Assembly: GCA_038230375.1 (NCBI GenBank)
Contig: JBBRNJ010000084.1
Span: forward strand, 1 to 36,138
Reading direction: 5' to 3'
Origin: Polyangiales bacterium
Lineage (GTDB): Bacteria > Myxococcota_A > Polyangia > Polyangiales > Polyangiaceae
DNA: 36,138 nucleotides
Positions 21,977 to 31,401 of this stretch are shown here, piece by piece; the first letter of the stretch is position 1, and each line of letters starts with the position of its first letter. A program made the translations under genes and the position numbers. The notes beneath the pieces were generated by a model. That model had not been told where the DNA came from, did not search any database, and worked only from the letters and a program-made list of their open reading frames with translations.

Positions 21977-23224
21977 ATGACCGAGCGCCAGATCGAGATG
22001 CTGTGGCGGTGCCCGTGCGCAACGAAGAACCTCGGGCGCCACATGAAATGCGAGACGTGCGGCCGTCCCAAGGACGACAACGTCGCGTACGAGATGCCGG
22101 AGAACGTCGAGACGGCCGAGTCCGTCACCGACGAGAAGCTGCTCCGCATGGCCACCGCCGGCGAGAACTGGCAGTGCGCGTACTGCGGCAGCGGTCAGCG
22201 CGCGCTCGACGGCGGTTGCGGAGGGTGTGGAGCGGGCCGCGCGGAGAAGGCGACTCAGGCTCGCGCCGCCGCGCACCAGCCAGCCATGATGGAGACCGCG
22301 CCCAGGCCGCGCTCGCGACTTCCGCTCGTGCTGATCGTTGTTGCCGCGTGCGTGCTGCTCCTGGGCACCTGCGCGCTGCTGGTGAAACACAAGTCCGCAC
22401 CGCCCGCGCGCGACACCATGGCTGCGTCACGGGAAACAGTGGTGGACCACGACCTCACGGTCACGCGCGCGCACTGGAAGCGCACAGTGAGCACGGACCA
22501 CTGGCAGCTCACCGACCGCGAAGGCTTTGACCCGCCCGACGACGCGGTGGACAAGAAGAAGGCGGGCGAGCACGTCCATCATCAGGAGCAGGTGCTCGAT
22601 CACATGGAGACCCTCTACGACAGCGTGGAGGTCCCCGACGGCACCCGCACGGAGTCGTACACGGAGCACGTCGCGTGCGGACAGAACTGCACGACCACGC
22701 CGCGCACGTGTCGCCAGAACTGCAAGAGCAACAAGAACGGCTTCGCCACATGCAACGACGTCTGCACGGGCGGCAACCAGTCGTGCACCACGAAGTACTG
22801 CGACGAGACACGCACCCGACAGGTGTCGAAGACCCGCACCGAGCGCCGTCCGCGGCAAGAACCGCGCTACCGCAGCGAGCCCCGCTACGCGCCCTGGTAT
22901 ACATACAAGGTGATGGACTGGGTACAGGTCGCGACGGTCGACGCAGAGGGCGACGACATCACGCCCTCTTGGCCGGATGCCAGCGCCCCGCCCCAGGACG
23001 CCGGCAAACACGTGCCAGCCGCGCCACCAAAGGCCGCCGCCACGGACCACCCCACGAACCAGGAACGGCGCGTGGAAACGTTCGAGGTCACGTTCGCCGA
23101 CGATAAGGGTGCAGTCTACAGGTATGCGCCGAGCACCCCCGAGGAGCTGGCCGGCTTTGGCCCAGGCACCCGTCACAAGATGCGCGCCGCGTCGCGTGGC
23201 GATCAGGTCTTTCCGGCGCCCTGA
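21977..23224 (+). CDS. Membrane protein with N-terminal zinc-ribbon motifs and a Cys-rich C-terminal region
   Basis: 'WRCPC..N......CETCG' and 'WQCAYCG......CGGCG' ribbons; one TM helix 'LPLVLIVVAACVLLLGTCALLV'; 8-Cys cluster beyond the TM helix. Confidence 0.8.
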   Translation: MTERQIEMLWRCPCATKNLGRHMKCETCGRPKDDNVAYEMPENVETAESVTDEKLLRMATAGENWQCAYCGSGQRALDGGCGGCGAGRAEKATQARAAAHQPAMMETAPRPRSRLPLVLIVVAACVLLLGTCALLVKHKSAPPARDTMAASRETVVDHDLTVTRAHWKRTVSTDHWQLTDREGFDPPDDAVDKKKAGEHVHHQEQVLDHMETLYDSVEVPDGTRTESYTEHVACGQNCTTTPRTCRQNCKSNKNGFATCNDVCTGGNQSCTTKYCDETRTRQVSKTRTERRPRQEPRYRSEPRYAPWYTYKVMDWVQVATVDAEGDDITPSWPDASAPPQDAGKHVPAAPPKAAATDHPTNQERRVETFEVTFADDKGAVYRYAPSTPEELAGFGPGTRHKMRAASRGDQVFPAP

Positions 23225-23269
23225 TCGACGCGGATTCTATTGGAGCGGCTTTCGGGGTAGCCTCGACGC

Positions 23270-24823
23270 GTGCCTGTATCCGCCACGCTCGCGAAGGAAA
23301 CAACGGTCGTTGGGCCGCTCGGCGGTCTGTTGCTCTCGCAGGTACGTGCGCTGTCGCCCATGCTCGTGATGCGCGCGCTGCGCTGGTATCGCGATCTCGC
23401 GCGGCTTGGTATTCACCTGCCGTTCTTCATCGTGCACGACTTCGGGCTGCTCTATGCGGCGCCGAAGGAGCAGCTGGAGATCGGCGCGCGTGTCGGCCAG
23501 GCGGATCTGGTCTCGCGCATTGCGCGCCTTCCAGAGCTCGAGACCATGTACGCGGGCGTCGTCTCCGAGATCGGCAAGAGCGAGGCGTCTGCACGCGCGC
23601 GCACCATGCGCCTGTCGGACGATCTGATCGTGGTCGTGCTGGCCCGCGTGCTGGGCTCGCTCACGCAGCGCGCGGGCGTGCGTGCGCCCTACGCGGCGAC
23701 CATCCCGCTCGACCCCGAGATGGTGCGCGAGATAGACGGGCAGCTGCCGCAGCTGTTCTCCGCGTTGACCCGCCAGTTCGAGGTGAGCTCGCTGGATGCG
23801 CTCGCGCGCTCGCGGTTGCACGTGCTCACGCTCGCGGACGCGCTGGACCTGGACACGCTCCGCTTGCTCGGCATGCTGGGCCCGGAGTCCACGGCGGCGG
23901 GCGCGCTCGCGCACGTGGATCTTCTTGCGGCGCTCTCTTCCCCGGCCGCGAACGACATTGTCAACTTCTCGCTGGAGCTCTTGCCCAGCATCCTGGAGAC
24001 CCACCGCAACAAGGCCACGGGCACGCACGCCGTGCACGGCTACGCGGGCATGGGCACGAAGGGCTCGCTCGACTCGCTCGTGCTCACGGAGCTCGCCTGG
24101 GATGAGTTCGAGTTCGCCCGTCGCATGGTCGAGAACGAGCTCCTCTACTACACGCGCGAGCAAGCTCCGGACGAGGCACGTCGCCTCCACTACCTGGTGA
24201 TCGACGCATCCGCGTCCATGCGCGGCGACAGGCAGGTGTTCGCGCGCGGCCTTGCCATTGCGCTTGCAAAGAAGCTTCAGCTCTCCGGCGAAGAGGTGTG
24301 GATGCGCTTCTTCGACTCACGCCTGTACGACGTGCAGCGTCCGCGCCAAGGGCAGCTGCCCGCCGCGTACCTGCTCGGCTTCAAGGGCGAGCGCGGACGC
24401 AATCCGTCGCGCGTCTTCGCGCAGCTCGCCACGGAGATAGCGCTCCTTCGCGCGCGTGAGCAACGCGACCCCGTGATCCACCTCATCACACACGCGGCGC
24501 TGCACGTGCCGCGGCAGCTGGTGCAAGAGGTCCGGCGTCAGGCGCACCTCTTCGGCGTCTTCATCTTGCCGTCCGGCGGTGAGCTCGACCTTGACTACCT
24601 TGATCTCCTCGAGGGGCACGCAGTGGTCGACAACGCCACGCTCATGCAGAAGAACGCGCGCAACGCGGCAGCCACGAAGATCGTCGACGACGCATCGAAG
24701 GCCGCCGAGCGCATCAGCGTTCCGCCGCCCTCCATCGGCCCGCGCAGCATCCGCGGCGGCGACGACGGCATGCCTCCGTCGCTCAAGCCAAAGAGCAGCA
24801 TGCGCCCGCCGTCCATGAGGTGA
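23270..24823 (+). CDS. Cytoplasmic vWA-domain protein (ViaA/CoxE-like, MoxR-partner type)
   Basis: MIDAS 'LVIDASASM' in the C-terminal half, preceded by 'GSLDSLVLTELA...FARRMVENELLYY'; GTG start. Confidence 0.75.
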   Translation: MPVSATLAKETTVVGPLGGLLLSQVRALSPMLVMRALRWYRDLARLGIHLPFFIVHDFGLLYAAPKEQLEIGARVGQADLVSRIARLPELETMYAGVVSEIGKSEASARARTMRLSDDLIVVVLARVLGSLTQRAGVRAPYAATIPLDPEMVREIDGQLPQLFSALTRQFEVSSLDALARSRLHVLTLADALDLDTLRLLGMLGPESTAAGALAHVDLLAALSSPAANDIVNFSLELLPSILETHRNKATGTHAVHGYAGMGTKGSLDSLVLTELAWDEFEFARRMVENELLYYTREQAPDEARRLHYLVIDASASMRGDRQVFARGLAIALAKKLQLSGEEVWMRFFDSRLYDVQRPRQGQLPAAYLLGFKGERGRNPSRVFAQLATEIALLRAREQRDPVIHLITHAALHVPRQLVQEVRRQAHLFGVFILPSGGELDLDYLDLLEGHAVVDNATLMQKNARNAAATKIVDDASKAAERISVPPPSIGPRSIRGGDDGMPPSLKPKSSMRPPSMR

Positions 24824-26617
24824 CTATTTCTTCGGCGGGGGCTTCGTGGGCGGCTTGGTGGGCGGCTTCACCGGCGGCTTCGTCGGTGGCTTTGGTGTGC
24901 CGCTCGGCTTCGGACGCGGCGGCGGTCGGTAGACCGGTTGTGGCGGTCCCGCTTCCAGCTCGAGCACGACCTCGGCATCGAGCTCGGGTGCGCCTGCGTC
25001 CGTGCTGGGCGAATCGCCGTCCATGTCGGCCCCGAGCATCGTCGCCATGGCGTCGGATGCGCTGGCGTCGGACTGCTCACCAGCCGCGTCCCACGCGGGC
25101 GCTGCGGCCTCCGCCGTGGCTTTGGTGTCCTCCGGCGCCTGGGACCGAAGTCCCCATGCGAGCGCCACGGCGAAGCCCAGGATACCGACGAGCAGCAGCA
25201 TCGCACGCACGATGCTGAACGGCTTCTTGGTGTCCGACGTGGAGGGCGCGCCGCTCTCCTTCGCGGCCACCGCCTTACCCGAAGCGTCCGCGTCGGTCGT
25301 GTCGACCGCGGTCGCGGGATCGCTGCCCTCCTTCGTCACCGCGCCGATCTTCGTGGTGCTCATGGTGCCGGCCGCATATGCGTCGGCGGCGGAGAGGCGC
25401 ACGGGCTCCGCGCCCGCGGCGTCGACCGGCGCGACCTTCGGGTTCGATGCGGGCGGCGCGGGGGGCACGACGTTGAACTCGTGCATCGTCGGGTTGCGAC
25501 CGAGCTGGTCGATCTCGACGATCGCCTTCTCCACGTCGGCCCGCATCTCCGTGGCGTCCGCGTACCGATCCTCGCGCTTGAACGCGAGCGCGCGATCGAT
25601 GACACGCGCGAATGGAAGGCTCACATGCGGGGCGACCGATTTGATCTTGGGCGCGGGCAGCGTGGCCATGTTCGCCACCTGCATCACCGGATGCGGCGCG
25701 CCCTCATGCACGCGTCGCCCACCGACCACCGTGAAGCCCGACGCCGCGAGAGAGAAGAGATCCGAGCGGCCGTCGAGGTCCGCGTTGTCGCCCGAAGCTT
25801 GCTCCGGGCTCATGAAAGAAGGCGTGCCAAGCGCAAGGCCCACGCTCGTGGAGCTCTGTGCGTCCAGCACACGCGCCAGGCCAAAATCAAGCACCTTCAC
25901 GCGCGGGCGGCCGATCAGGATGCTGTCCTTCGGCGCCTCGGACTTCGGCACCGCGTCCGTGCCGAGCTCCGCGTCGGGGTCGGGCTCGTCGGCCAGGATG
26001 AAGATGTTCTCGGGCTTCAGATCGCGGTGCAGGACGCCGTTCGCGTGTGCCTTCTCGAGCACGCGGAGCACCGCGGAGGCGACGAGCAGGAACTCACGTT
26101 CGGACACCGGGCGCTCGTTCGCGATGCGGTCCTGGAGCGACTCGCCGCGGAGCAGCTCCATCACAAGGTATGCGGTGCCGTCGTCGGGACCGGACTTCAC
26201 CAGGTCGTCGTCCAGTACCTTCACGGCGCCGGAGTGACCGACCTTGTTGGCGGCGTAGCCTTCACGCAGGAAGCGCTCGCGGACGGCGGGCTCTCGCGCG
26301 TAGATCGGGTGCAGCACCTTCACGGCGGCGCGCGCTCCGTTGCGATGGCGCCCCTCGTACACGGCGCCCATGCCGCCAGTGCCGAGCAGCTTCTCCAGCG
26401 TCCACTTGTCGTTGAGCACCGTGCCGATGCGAGCGTCCGCGCTCACGCGGAGGTCCTCGCCTACGCGCGGGAGGTTGTCACTGACAGCCGGCTTCTCGTC
26501 GGTCTCTGCGAGCTTGTCGACGCTCGGCTTCTCCGCGGTCTCAGCGAGCGGAGCGTCTGCCGGCGGGCGAGGAGCGTCCTCTGCCGGGGCTGGCTTGTCC
26601 GCGTCGCCTTCGCTCAT
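24824..26617 (-). CDS. Hanks-type Ser/Thr protein kinase with a TM helix and Pro-rich C-terminus
   Basis: 'LGTGGMGAVY', 'AAVKVL', 'HRDLKPENI', 'KVLDFGLA', 'GTPSFMSPEQ', 'SDLFSL'; TM 'AMLLLVGILGFAVALAWGL'; (KPPT)n tail. Confidence 0.96.
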   Translation of the reverse strand: MSEGDADKPAPAEDAPRPPADAPLAETAEKPSVDKLAETDEKPAVSDNLPRVGEDLRVSADARIGTVLNDKWTLEKLLGTGGMGAVYEGRHRNGARAAVKVLHPIYAREPAVRERFLREGYAANKVGHSGAVKVLDDDLVKSGPDDGTAYLVMELLRGESLQDRIANERPVSEREFLLVASAVLRVLEKAHANGVLHRDLKPENIFILADEPDPDAELGTDAVPKSEAPKDSILIGRPRVKVLDFGLARVLDAQSSTSVGLALGTPSFMSPEQASGDNADLDGRSDLFSLAASGFTVVGGRRVHEGAPHPVMQVANMATLPAPKIKSVAPHVSLPFARVIDRALAFKREDRYADATEMRADVEKAIVEIDQLGRNPTMHEFNVVPPAPPASNPKVAPVDAAGAEPVRLSAADAYAAGTMSTTKIGAVTKEGSDPATAVDTTDADASGKAVAAKESGAPSTSDTKKPFSIVRAMLLLVGILGFAVALAWGLRSQAPEDTKATAEAAAPAWDAAGEQSDASASDAMATMLGADMDGDSPSTDAGAPELDAEVVLELEAGPPQPVYRPPPRPKPSGTPKPPTKPPVKPPTKPPTKPPPKK

Positions 26618-26654
26618 GATGGAGTTCTACACGAAACGGCGGGACGGCCGTCAT

Positions 26655-27527
26655 TTAGCGCCGCTTGCCGCGCTTGCGGGTGGGCAGGTCCACCTTCTTG
26701 CCGTCGCGAGGGACGGGGACCGCGGCGTCGCGGCTCTTCTGGATCTCTTTGACGGCATCGCCGAAGCGGCTCCTGGTCTTCTCGTCGCTGACGGCCGCGG
26801 TCGAGGCCTCGCGCAGGTCCACATTGCCAAGCGACGTCCAGCGGTGCACCTCTTCGAGTACGACGCCGCCGTGCCGTGATGCAAGCAGCGCCGGCGCAGT
26901 CCGTAGCGCGTCGAGCAGGGCCTTGTAGCCCGGGTATCGCATGCTGGAACGCGTGGCGTGACGGATCAGCTCCGCGGCCTCGTGCAGGCGCGCGATCACC
27001 GGCGCGGCGTCGTGGGTCTCGTTTCGCCACGCGGGATCGGACAGGGCCGTCAGCACGTTCGCTGCGTGGAAGAAGCCGTCCATCCACGACTCCACCTCGA
27101 GCACGAGCACGTCGCCCATCACCGCGCCCAGGCGCACGAGCGACAGGATCACGGCCTCGCGCACGCGGTACCGCAGGTCATCCGCGGCCTCGTGCAACAG
27201 CGCAAGGGCCTCGCTCCGCACCTTGGGATCCGAGGCGCCACGCGCGCCCCACCCGAGCACGCCGCACATGGGAATGAACTCCATGGGCGAGCCGCCGGGC
27301 ATCTCGTCCGCGCTGATTCCCGCCATCCTGGTGAGCAGCGCATCCATCGGCTTGCCCCGGCGTGCGCACTCGTCCGCGAGCGCGTTTGCCAGTGACACGT
27401 TGGCGCGCGTGCCGGGAAGACCGCTCGCGGTCATGAGCTCCCTGTAAAGCTTGTCCGTGCTGCCGCCGCGCTGCGCGACGTCCAGGGCGCCAAGCAGCAC
27501 ATCGTTCTTGATCGCGACTTCTCTCAT
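26655..27527 (-). CDS. Hypothetical HEAT/ARM-like helical repeat protein
   Basis: 'SGLPGTRANVSLA' N-terminal motif; HEAT-like 'LLHEAADDLRYRVREAVILSL'; ATGA coupling to the nucleotidase gene. Confidence 0.7.
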   Translation of the reverse strand: MREVAIKNDVLLGALDVAQRGGSTDKLYRELMTASGLPGTRANVSLANALADECARRGKPMDALLTRMAGISADEMPGGSPMEFIPMCGVLGWGARGASDPKVRSEALALLHEAADDLRYRVREAVILSLVRLGAVMGDVLVLEVESWMDGFFHAANVLTALSDPAWRNETHDAAPVIARLHEAAELIRHATRSSMRYPGYKALLDALRTAPALLASRHGGVVLEEVHRWTSLGNVDLREASTAAVSDEKTRSRFGDAVKEIQKSRDAAVPVPRDGKKVDLPTRKRGKRR

Positions 27528-29260
27528 TGCGTGCAGCGCACGGGGCGCTCTCCGGGCATCGTCCAGCGGGGATGCTCGCGATCGAGCACCTCCTTCTCCT
27601 TGAGTTCACCGCGATTCGTGAGGCCTCGTTCCAGCGCGTCGCGCACGAGATCGTCCTCGAATGTGGCGCTGTCCTTCGGGATCTCGGCACGGTCACCACC
27701 AAGCGCAACGAAATCACTCGTCACGATGGTGAGCTTGTCCGTGTCGCGCACCTCCGCACCGGGCTGCCCCTTTGCGTTGGTACGCCGCATGGTGATCGTG
27801 AGCTGTCCGGCGTGACATACGGCCACGACGCTGATGCCGGAGACGCTCAGGATGCCGCGCTCTGTCTTCGCGTTCTCCGTGAGCATGTGGCGCAGCTGTT
27901 TGCCGGAGAACTTGAGTATCGCGAAGCGGTTGTCGAACGGCATCGCCTCGAAGAGCGCGCCATAGGTCAGGTCGCCCTCGGGCAGATCTGCGCGCAGACC
28001 GCCGCCATTGGTGATCGCGACATCCGCCTTCGGTCGCGCCTTGCGCATCAGGTCGGCGAAGAGGTTACCCTCGGCGGACTCCTGCACGTGGCTCTTGCGG
28101 ATGCGAGAGTCCAGGTGCACGCCGAGCTTCTGCTCCTTGCGCTGCTTCGCCTGCGCCACGTCCTCCGCGAACGAGCGCGCGACGTCGCTCTGCTCCATCA
28201 CGGTCAGGCCCTCGTACGTGGCGGGGAGCCTGAGCTCTGTGGTGGGGAACACCTTGGTCGCGGTGATCTTCTTCGCATCGGGATCGACCGTCACATCCAC
28301 GCGGCCGAACGCGCGGCCGTTCGCGAACGACTCGATGACGGGGACTCCGCGCACCTTCGTGGCCATACCCGCGTGCGTGTGCCCGGCGACGATCACGTCC
28401 ACCGTTCCGACGGGGATGGCCGAGACGAGGTCCATGATCTCCTCGTCTGCCTCGCACTGGCCATCTGCCTCGGGGTTCGTCACGTTCTTGCACTTGCCGC
28501 CGGCGTGCGCGGAGAGGATGACGACGGTGGCGCCATGTGCGCGCAAGGTGGCTGACTCACGCATCACGGCCTGCGCCAGTGGCACCATCACGAGGCCCTC
28601 GAAATTCGGGGCGATCGTGGTCTTCGGTGTCTCGATGGTGGTGACGCCAACGACACCGATCTTGAGGCCGTGCTTCGTCAGCATCACGCTCGGTGACATG
28701 TGCTCGTACGCGGGCATCGCGCCGGTCTTTGTGTCATTCACGTTTCCGAAAAGGAAGGGGAAGTGCGCCTGCTTCGCGCGCTCGCGTAGTGCGCCGCGGG
28801 GGTCGTCGCCGGGCGCGCGCGGTATGGCGGACGGGCCCACGGGGCCGAAGTCGAACTCGTGGTTGCCGATCGCCACGGCGTCGTACTGAAGGACGTTGTA
28901 TGCGCGAACCACGGCCGCGCCCTCGCTCAGGTTGGACTCCAGCGTGCCCTGGAACATGTCGCCAGCGTCAATGAGGATCACGTTGTCGGGCGTGACCTTC
29001 GCGCGGAGGTTCTCGACGAAGCCACCGAAGATGGGGAGCGTGTCGATGTGGCCGTGCACGTCGTTCGTGCCGATGATGGAGAGCGTGACGAGCGCGCTGG
29101 GCGTGGGTGCGGAGCCCGCGTCCAGCGCAGGCCTCTCTCGGAAGTCAGGGCTGTGGAAGTCGGGGACGCCCTTCTGCGGAGGCGGATTCGTCGAGCAAGC
29201 GACGACCCCACCAAGGGCCACACAGCCCAGAACCGCCATGAGCGACGACACACGCACCAT
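27524..29260 (-). CDS. 5'-nucleotidase / UDP-sugar hydrolase family metallophosphoesterase, lipoprotein
   Basis: 'TNDVHG', 'DAGDMFQG', 'GNHEFDFG', 'AGHTH', 'NGGGLRA', 'PFDN'; lipobox 'VVAC'. Confidence 0.95.
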   Translation of the reverse strand: MVRVSSLMAVLGCVALGGVVACSTNPPPQKGVPDFHSPDFRERPALDAGSAPTPSALVTLSIIGTNDVHGHIDTLPIFGGFVENLRAKVTPDNVILIDAGDMFQGTLESNLSEGAAVVRAYNVLQYDAVAIGNHEFDFGPVGPSAIPRAPGDDPRGALRERAKQAHFPFLFGNVNDTKTGAMPAYEHMSPSVMLTKHGLKIGVVGVTTIETPKTTIAPNFEGLVMVPLAQAVMRESATLRAHGATVVILSAHAGGKCKNVTNPEADGQCEADEEIMDLVSAIPVGTVDVIVAGHTHAGMATKVRGVPVIESFANGRAFGRVDVTVDPDAKKITATKVFPTTELRLPATYEGLTVMEQSDVARSFAEDVAQAKQRKEQKLGVHLDSRIRKSHVQESAEGNLFADLMRKARPKADVAITNGGGLRADLPEGDLTYGALFEAMPFDNRFAILKFSGKQLRHMLTENAKTERGILSVSGISVVAVCHAGQLTITMRRTNAKGQPGAEVRDTDKLTIVTSDFVALGGDRAEIPKDSATFEDDLVRDALERGLTNRGELKEKEVLDREHPRWTMPGERPVRCTQ

Positions 29261-29272
29261 GTGCTGCCTTTA

Positions 29273-30451
29273 TCACGTGGGCGGGACGGTTGTCCGCGTG
29301 CGCGCAGGGCTGCCACGCCGTTTGCGCGCCTCGCTCGCGTACAGGCGGAGGACGGCGAGCGCGAGCGCCATGACCACCGGCCCGATGATCAGCCCCTTCA
29401 GGCCGAGTGCTTCCACACCTCCGAAGAGCGCCGCGAAGGTCACCAGAGTTGGGATCTTGCTGTCGCCGCCAAGGAGCAGAGGCCGCAGCGCGTAGTCGGG
29501 AAGGCCGATGACGAACACGGCCCCCCAGATGAGCTCGAAGATGCCGCTGATGGGATGCCCCGTCGCGATCTGGAAGATCCCCAGCGGCACCCACACGAGC
29601 ATCGTTCCGACACCAGGGATGAGCGAGGCCACGCCAGTCGCGGCGCCGAAGAACATCGGCTCCGGCACTCCCGCCAGGAGATATCCGATCGTCGCGAGCG
29701 CGCCCTGCGCAAGTCCCGTCACGATGGTGCCGAAGAGCGTGGTGCGCCCCACGCGCCGGAACTCCGTGAGGAGCTCCGCCGTGTAGTCGGGACGAAGCGG
29801 AAACGTCTCTTGCACGCGCCGAGACACCTTCTGCCAGTTGCAGAGAATGAAGTGGAGCGACAGCATCGCGAAGAAGAGCGCGAGCAGTGACGAGGCGGTG
29901 GTGGCAACGATGGTCTCGGCCAGCTCCTCCGCGCGTACCGCCGCAGCGCCGACGAGGCCACGCACGCGTGTCGCGAGCTCCTCGGGTCCGATGCCGAGCG
30001 GGGTCGTTCGACGACCCACCGCCTCGAGGAGTCCGCCGCCTTCCGCCTGCGGTCCCAGCGAATCGATCAGCCGTCGCGTGAGCACGGTGCCGCGCGCGAC
30101 GAACAGCCATGCGAGCCCACCGACCAGCACCACCACGGCGAGCGTGGAGCCCACCACCGTTGCGACCGCCGACCCTTGCGCTCCCAGCCGCGGCTTCATG
30201 CGCTCGAACACCGGCTGCGCCATGAACGCGAGCAATGTTCCGAAGAGGATGCCCACGCCCACGGGCATCACGATCCAGGCGATCGCAACGACGGAGGCGA
30301 GCGCGGCCCAGCCGAGCGCGTTTCGTTCGTCGTGCGCGACCTCGAGCTGGTTGCCAGCAATGTCGTCGCGTGCGGTCTCTTCCGCGGTCGTCAGGGCGAT
30401 CGTCGTGACGGCGCCAGCGCTCTTGTCTTCGGGGGAAGGTGTGGGCTCCAT
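29273..30451 (-). CDS. AI-2E (PerM/YdiK-like) family transporter
   Basis: Multi-TM; 'SLIPGVGTMLVWVP', 'DYALRPLLLG', 'LFGGVEALGLKGLIIGPVV'. Confidence 0.92.
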   Translation of the reverse strand: MEPTPSPEDKSAGAVTTIALTTAEETARDDIAGNQLEVAHDERNALGWAALASVVAIAWIVMPVGVGILFGTLLAFMAQPVFERMKPRLGAQGSAVATVVGSTLAVVVLVGGLAWLFVARGTVLTRRLIDSLGPQAEGGGLLEAVGRRTTPLGIGPEELATRVRGLVGAAAVRAEELAETIVATTASSLLALFFAMLSLHFILCNWQKVSRRVQETFPLRPDYTAELLTEFRRVGRTTLFGTIVTGLAQGALATIGYLLAGVPEPMFFGAATGVASLIPGVGTMLVWVPLGIFQIATGHPISGIFELIWGAVFVIGLPDYALRPLLLGGDSKIPTLVTFAALFGGVEALGLKGLIIGPVVMALALAVLRLYASEARKRRGSPARTRTTVPPT

Positions 30452-30458
30452 TGCGACC

Positions 30459-31040
30459 TCAGGCCTGGAGCGGCGTATCGCCGCTCGGCTCCGGCACTAC
30501 CACCTCGGCGACCACACCTTTCATGGAAACGGCCAGCACGACAGCCTCGGCCGTGATGCGGACCATGGCGCCGTGTGCCTGAAACGACATGGTCCGCCTG
30601 GGCGTCAGGGCCGCGGGGAGCTCGAAGGAAAACTGCAGCGTCTGGCTGAAATTCCAGGCCAGATCGAGCCGCCTCAGACCGAGCTCCTTGTTGATCAGAT
30701 CGGTCAAGCGGCGGTCGACCATGCCCGGGAGCATCGCGAAGTCGGCACTTGCGATGCGCGGCTCGAACACGAGCAGGTCCCCGCCGGCGGTCTGCTCGAT
30801 GCGCGGCGTCATGATGAACGAAACCTCGGAGATGACGACGGGCACCTTGATGCCAAGCACGGGCCACGCGAGCGTGGCGGGGCAGATGATGTGAAGGCCC
30901 TCTCCAGCGATCAGCGAGACCTTGGTCGGTGTGCCGATGTAGAGGCCCGCGCCATCAGAGCCAAGACTGATGGTGACGGGCGCGAGCTGGGAGACCCCAT
31001 GTCGGAGATCCTCGAGAGAGAGAACTGCTTCTAGCCACAT
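30459..31040 (-). CDS. Hypothetical protein
   Basis: ATG 31040 'MWLEAVLSLEDL...'; beta-rich 193 aa; ends 7 bp before the AI-2E start. The upstream part of the ORF-track ORF overlaps pqiA and was discarded. Confidence 0.7.
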   Translation of the reverse strand: MWLEAVLSLEDLRHGVSQLAPVTISLGSDGAGLYIGTPTKVSLIAGEGLHIICPATLAWPVLGIKVPVVISEVSFIMTPRIEQTAGGDLLVFEPRIASADFAMLPGMVDRRLTDLINKELGLRRLDLAWNFSQTLQFSFELPAALTPRRTMSFQAHGAMVRITAEAVVLAVSMKGVVAEVVVPEPSGDTPLQA

Positions 31041-31054
31041 CGAGCAGATGCACC

Positions 31055-31070
31055 TGCAGACCTTGCGCCA
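31055..31070 (-). promoter_or_regulatory. Putative sigma54 (-24/-12) promoter
   Basis: Minus strand TGGCGCAAGGTCTGCA = GG-N10-GC, with the -12 GC about 15 nt before ATG 31040. Confidence 0.45.
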
Positions 31071-31211
31071 CGACGTCGGGCAGCACAGGTCTGCGGGGCG
31101 TGCGCACCTTGGGTGAGGCAAAATGGCCCAGTCGGGCATTCCAGTCACGTGCGTTTGTCCCCTCGACCCGCCGACCGGGGGCAATCCCCACGTTTCCTCG
31201 CTTTTGCGCGG

Positions 31212-31228
31212 TTGGCAGGGCCCTTGCG
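31212..31228 (+). promoter_or_regulatory. Putative sigma54 (-24/-12) promoter of the pqi operon
   Basis: TTGGCAGGGCCCTTGCG, close to the consensus YTGGCACGNNNNTTGCW. Confidence 0.65.
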
Positions 31229-31239
31229 AAGTAGGCTGC

Positions 31240-31401
31240 ATGTTGAAGGCTTCACCAACCGTAGAGCCCGAAAAGGAAGAGAACGTCTTCGTGATCGCCC
31301 AGTCAAAGGAGCTGACGAACGACGCCGACCCCAGCGACGGGGTCCAGCGAGCCTGGCGTGGCCGCATCGACGAGGTCCTACACGGCTTGCTCCAGGGCTG
31401 A
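31240..31401 (+). CDS. Small ORF (53 aa) translationally coupled to pqiA
   Basis: ATG lies at the expected sigma54 +1; its stop overlaps the pqiA start (TGATG); no recognisable domain. Confidence 0.35.
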   Translation: MLKASPTVEPEKEENVFVIAQSKELTNDADPSDGVQRAWRGRIDEVLHGLLQG

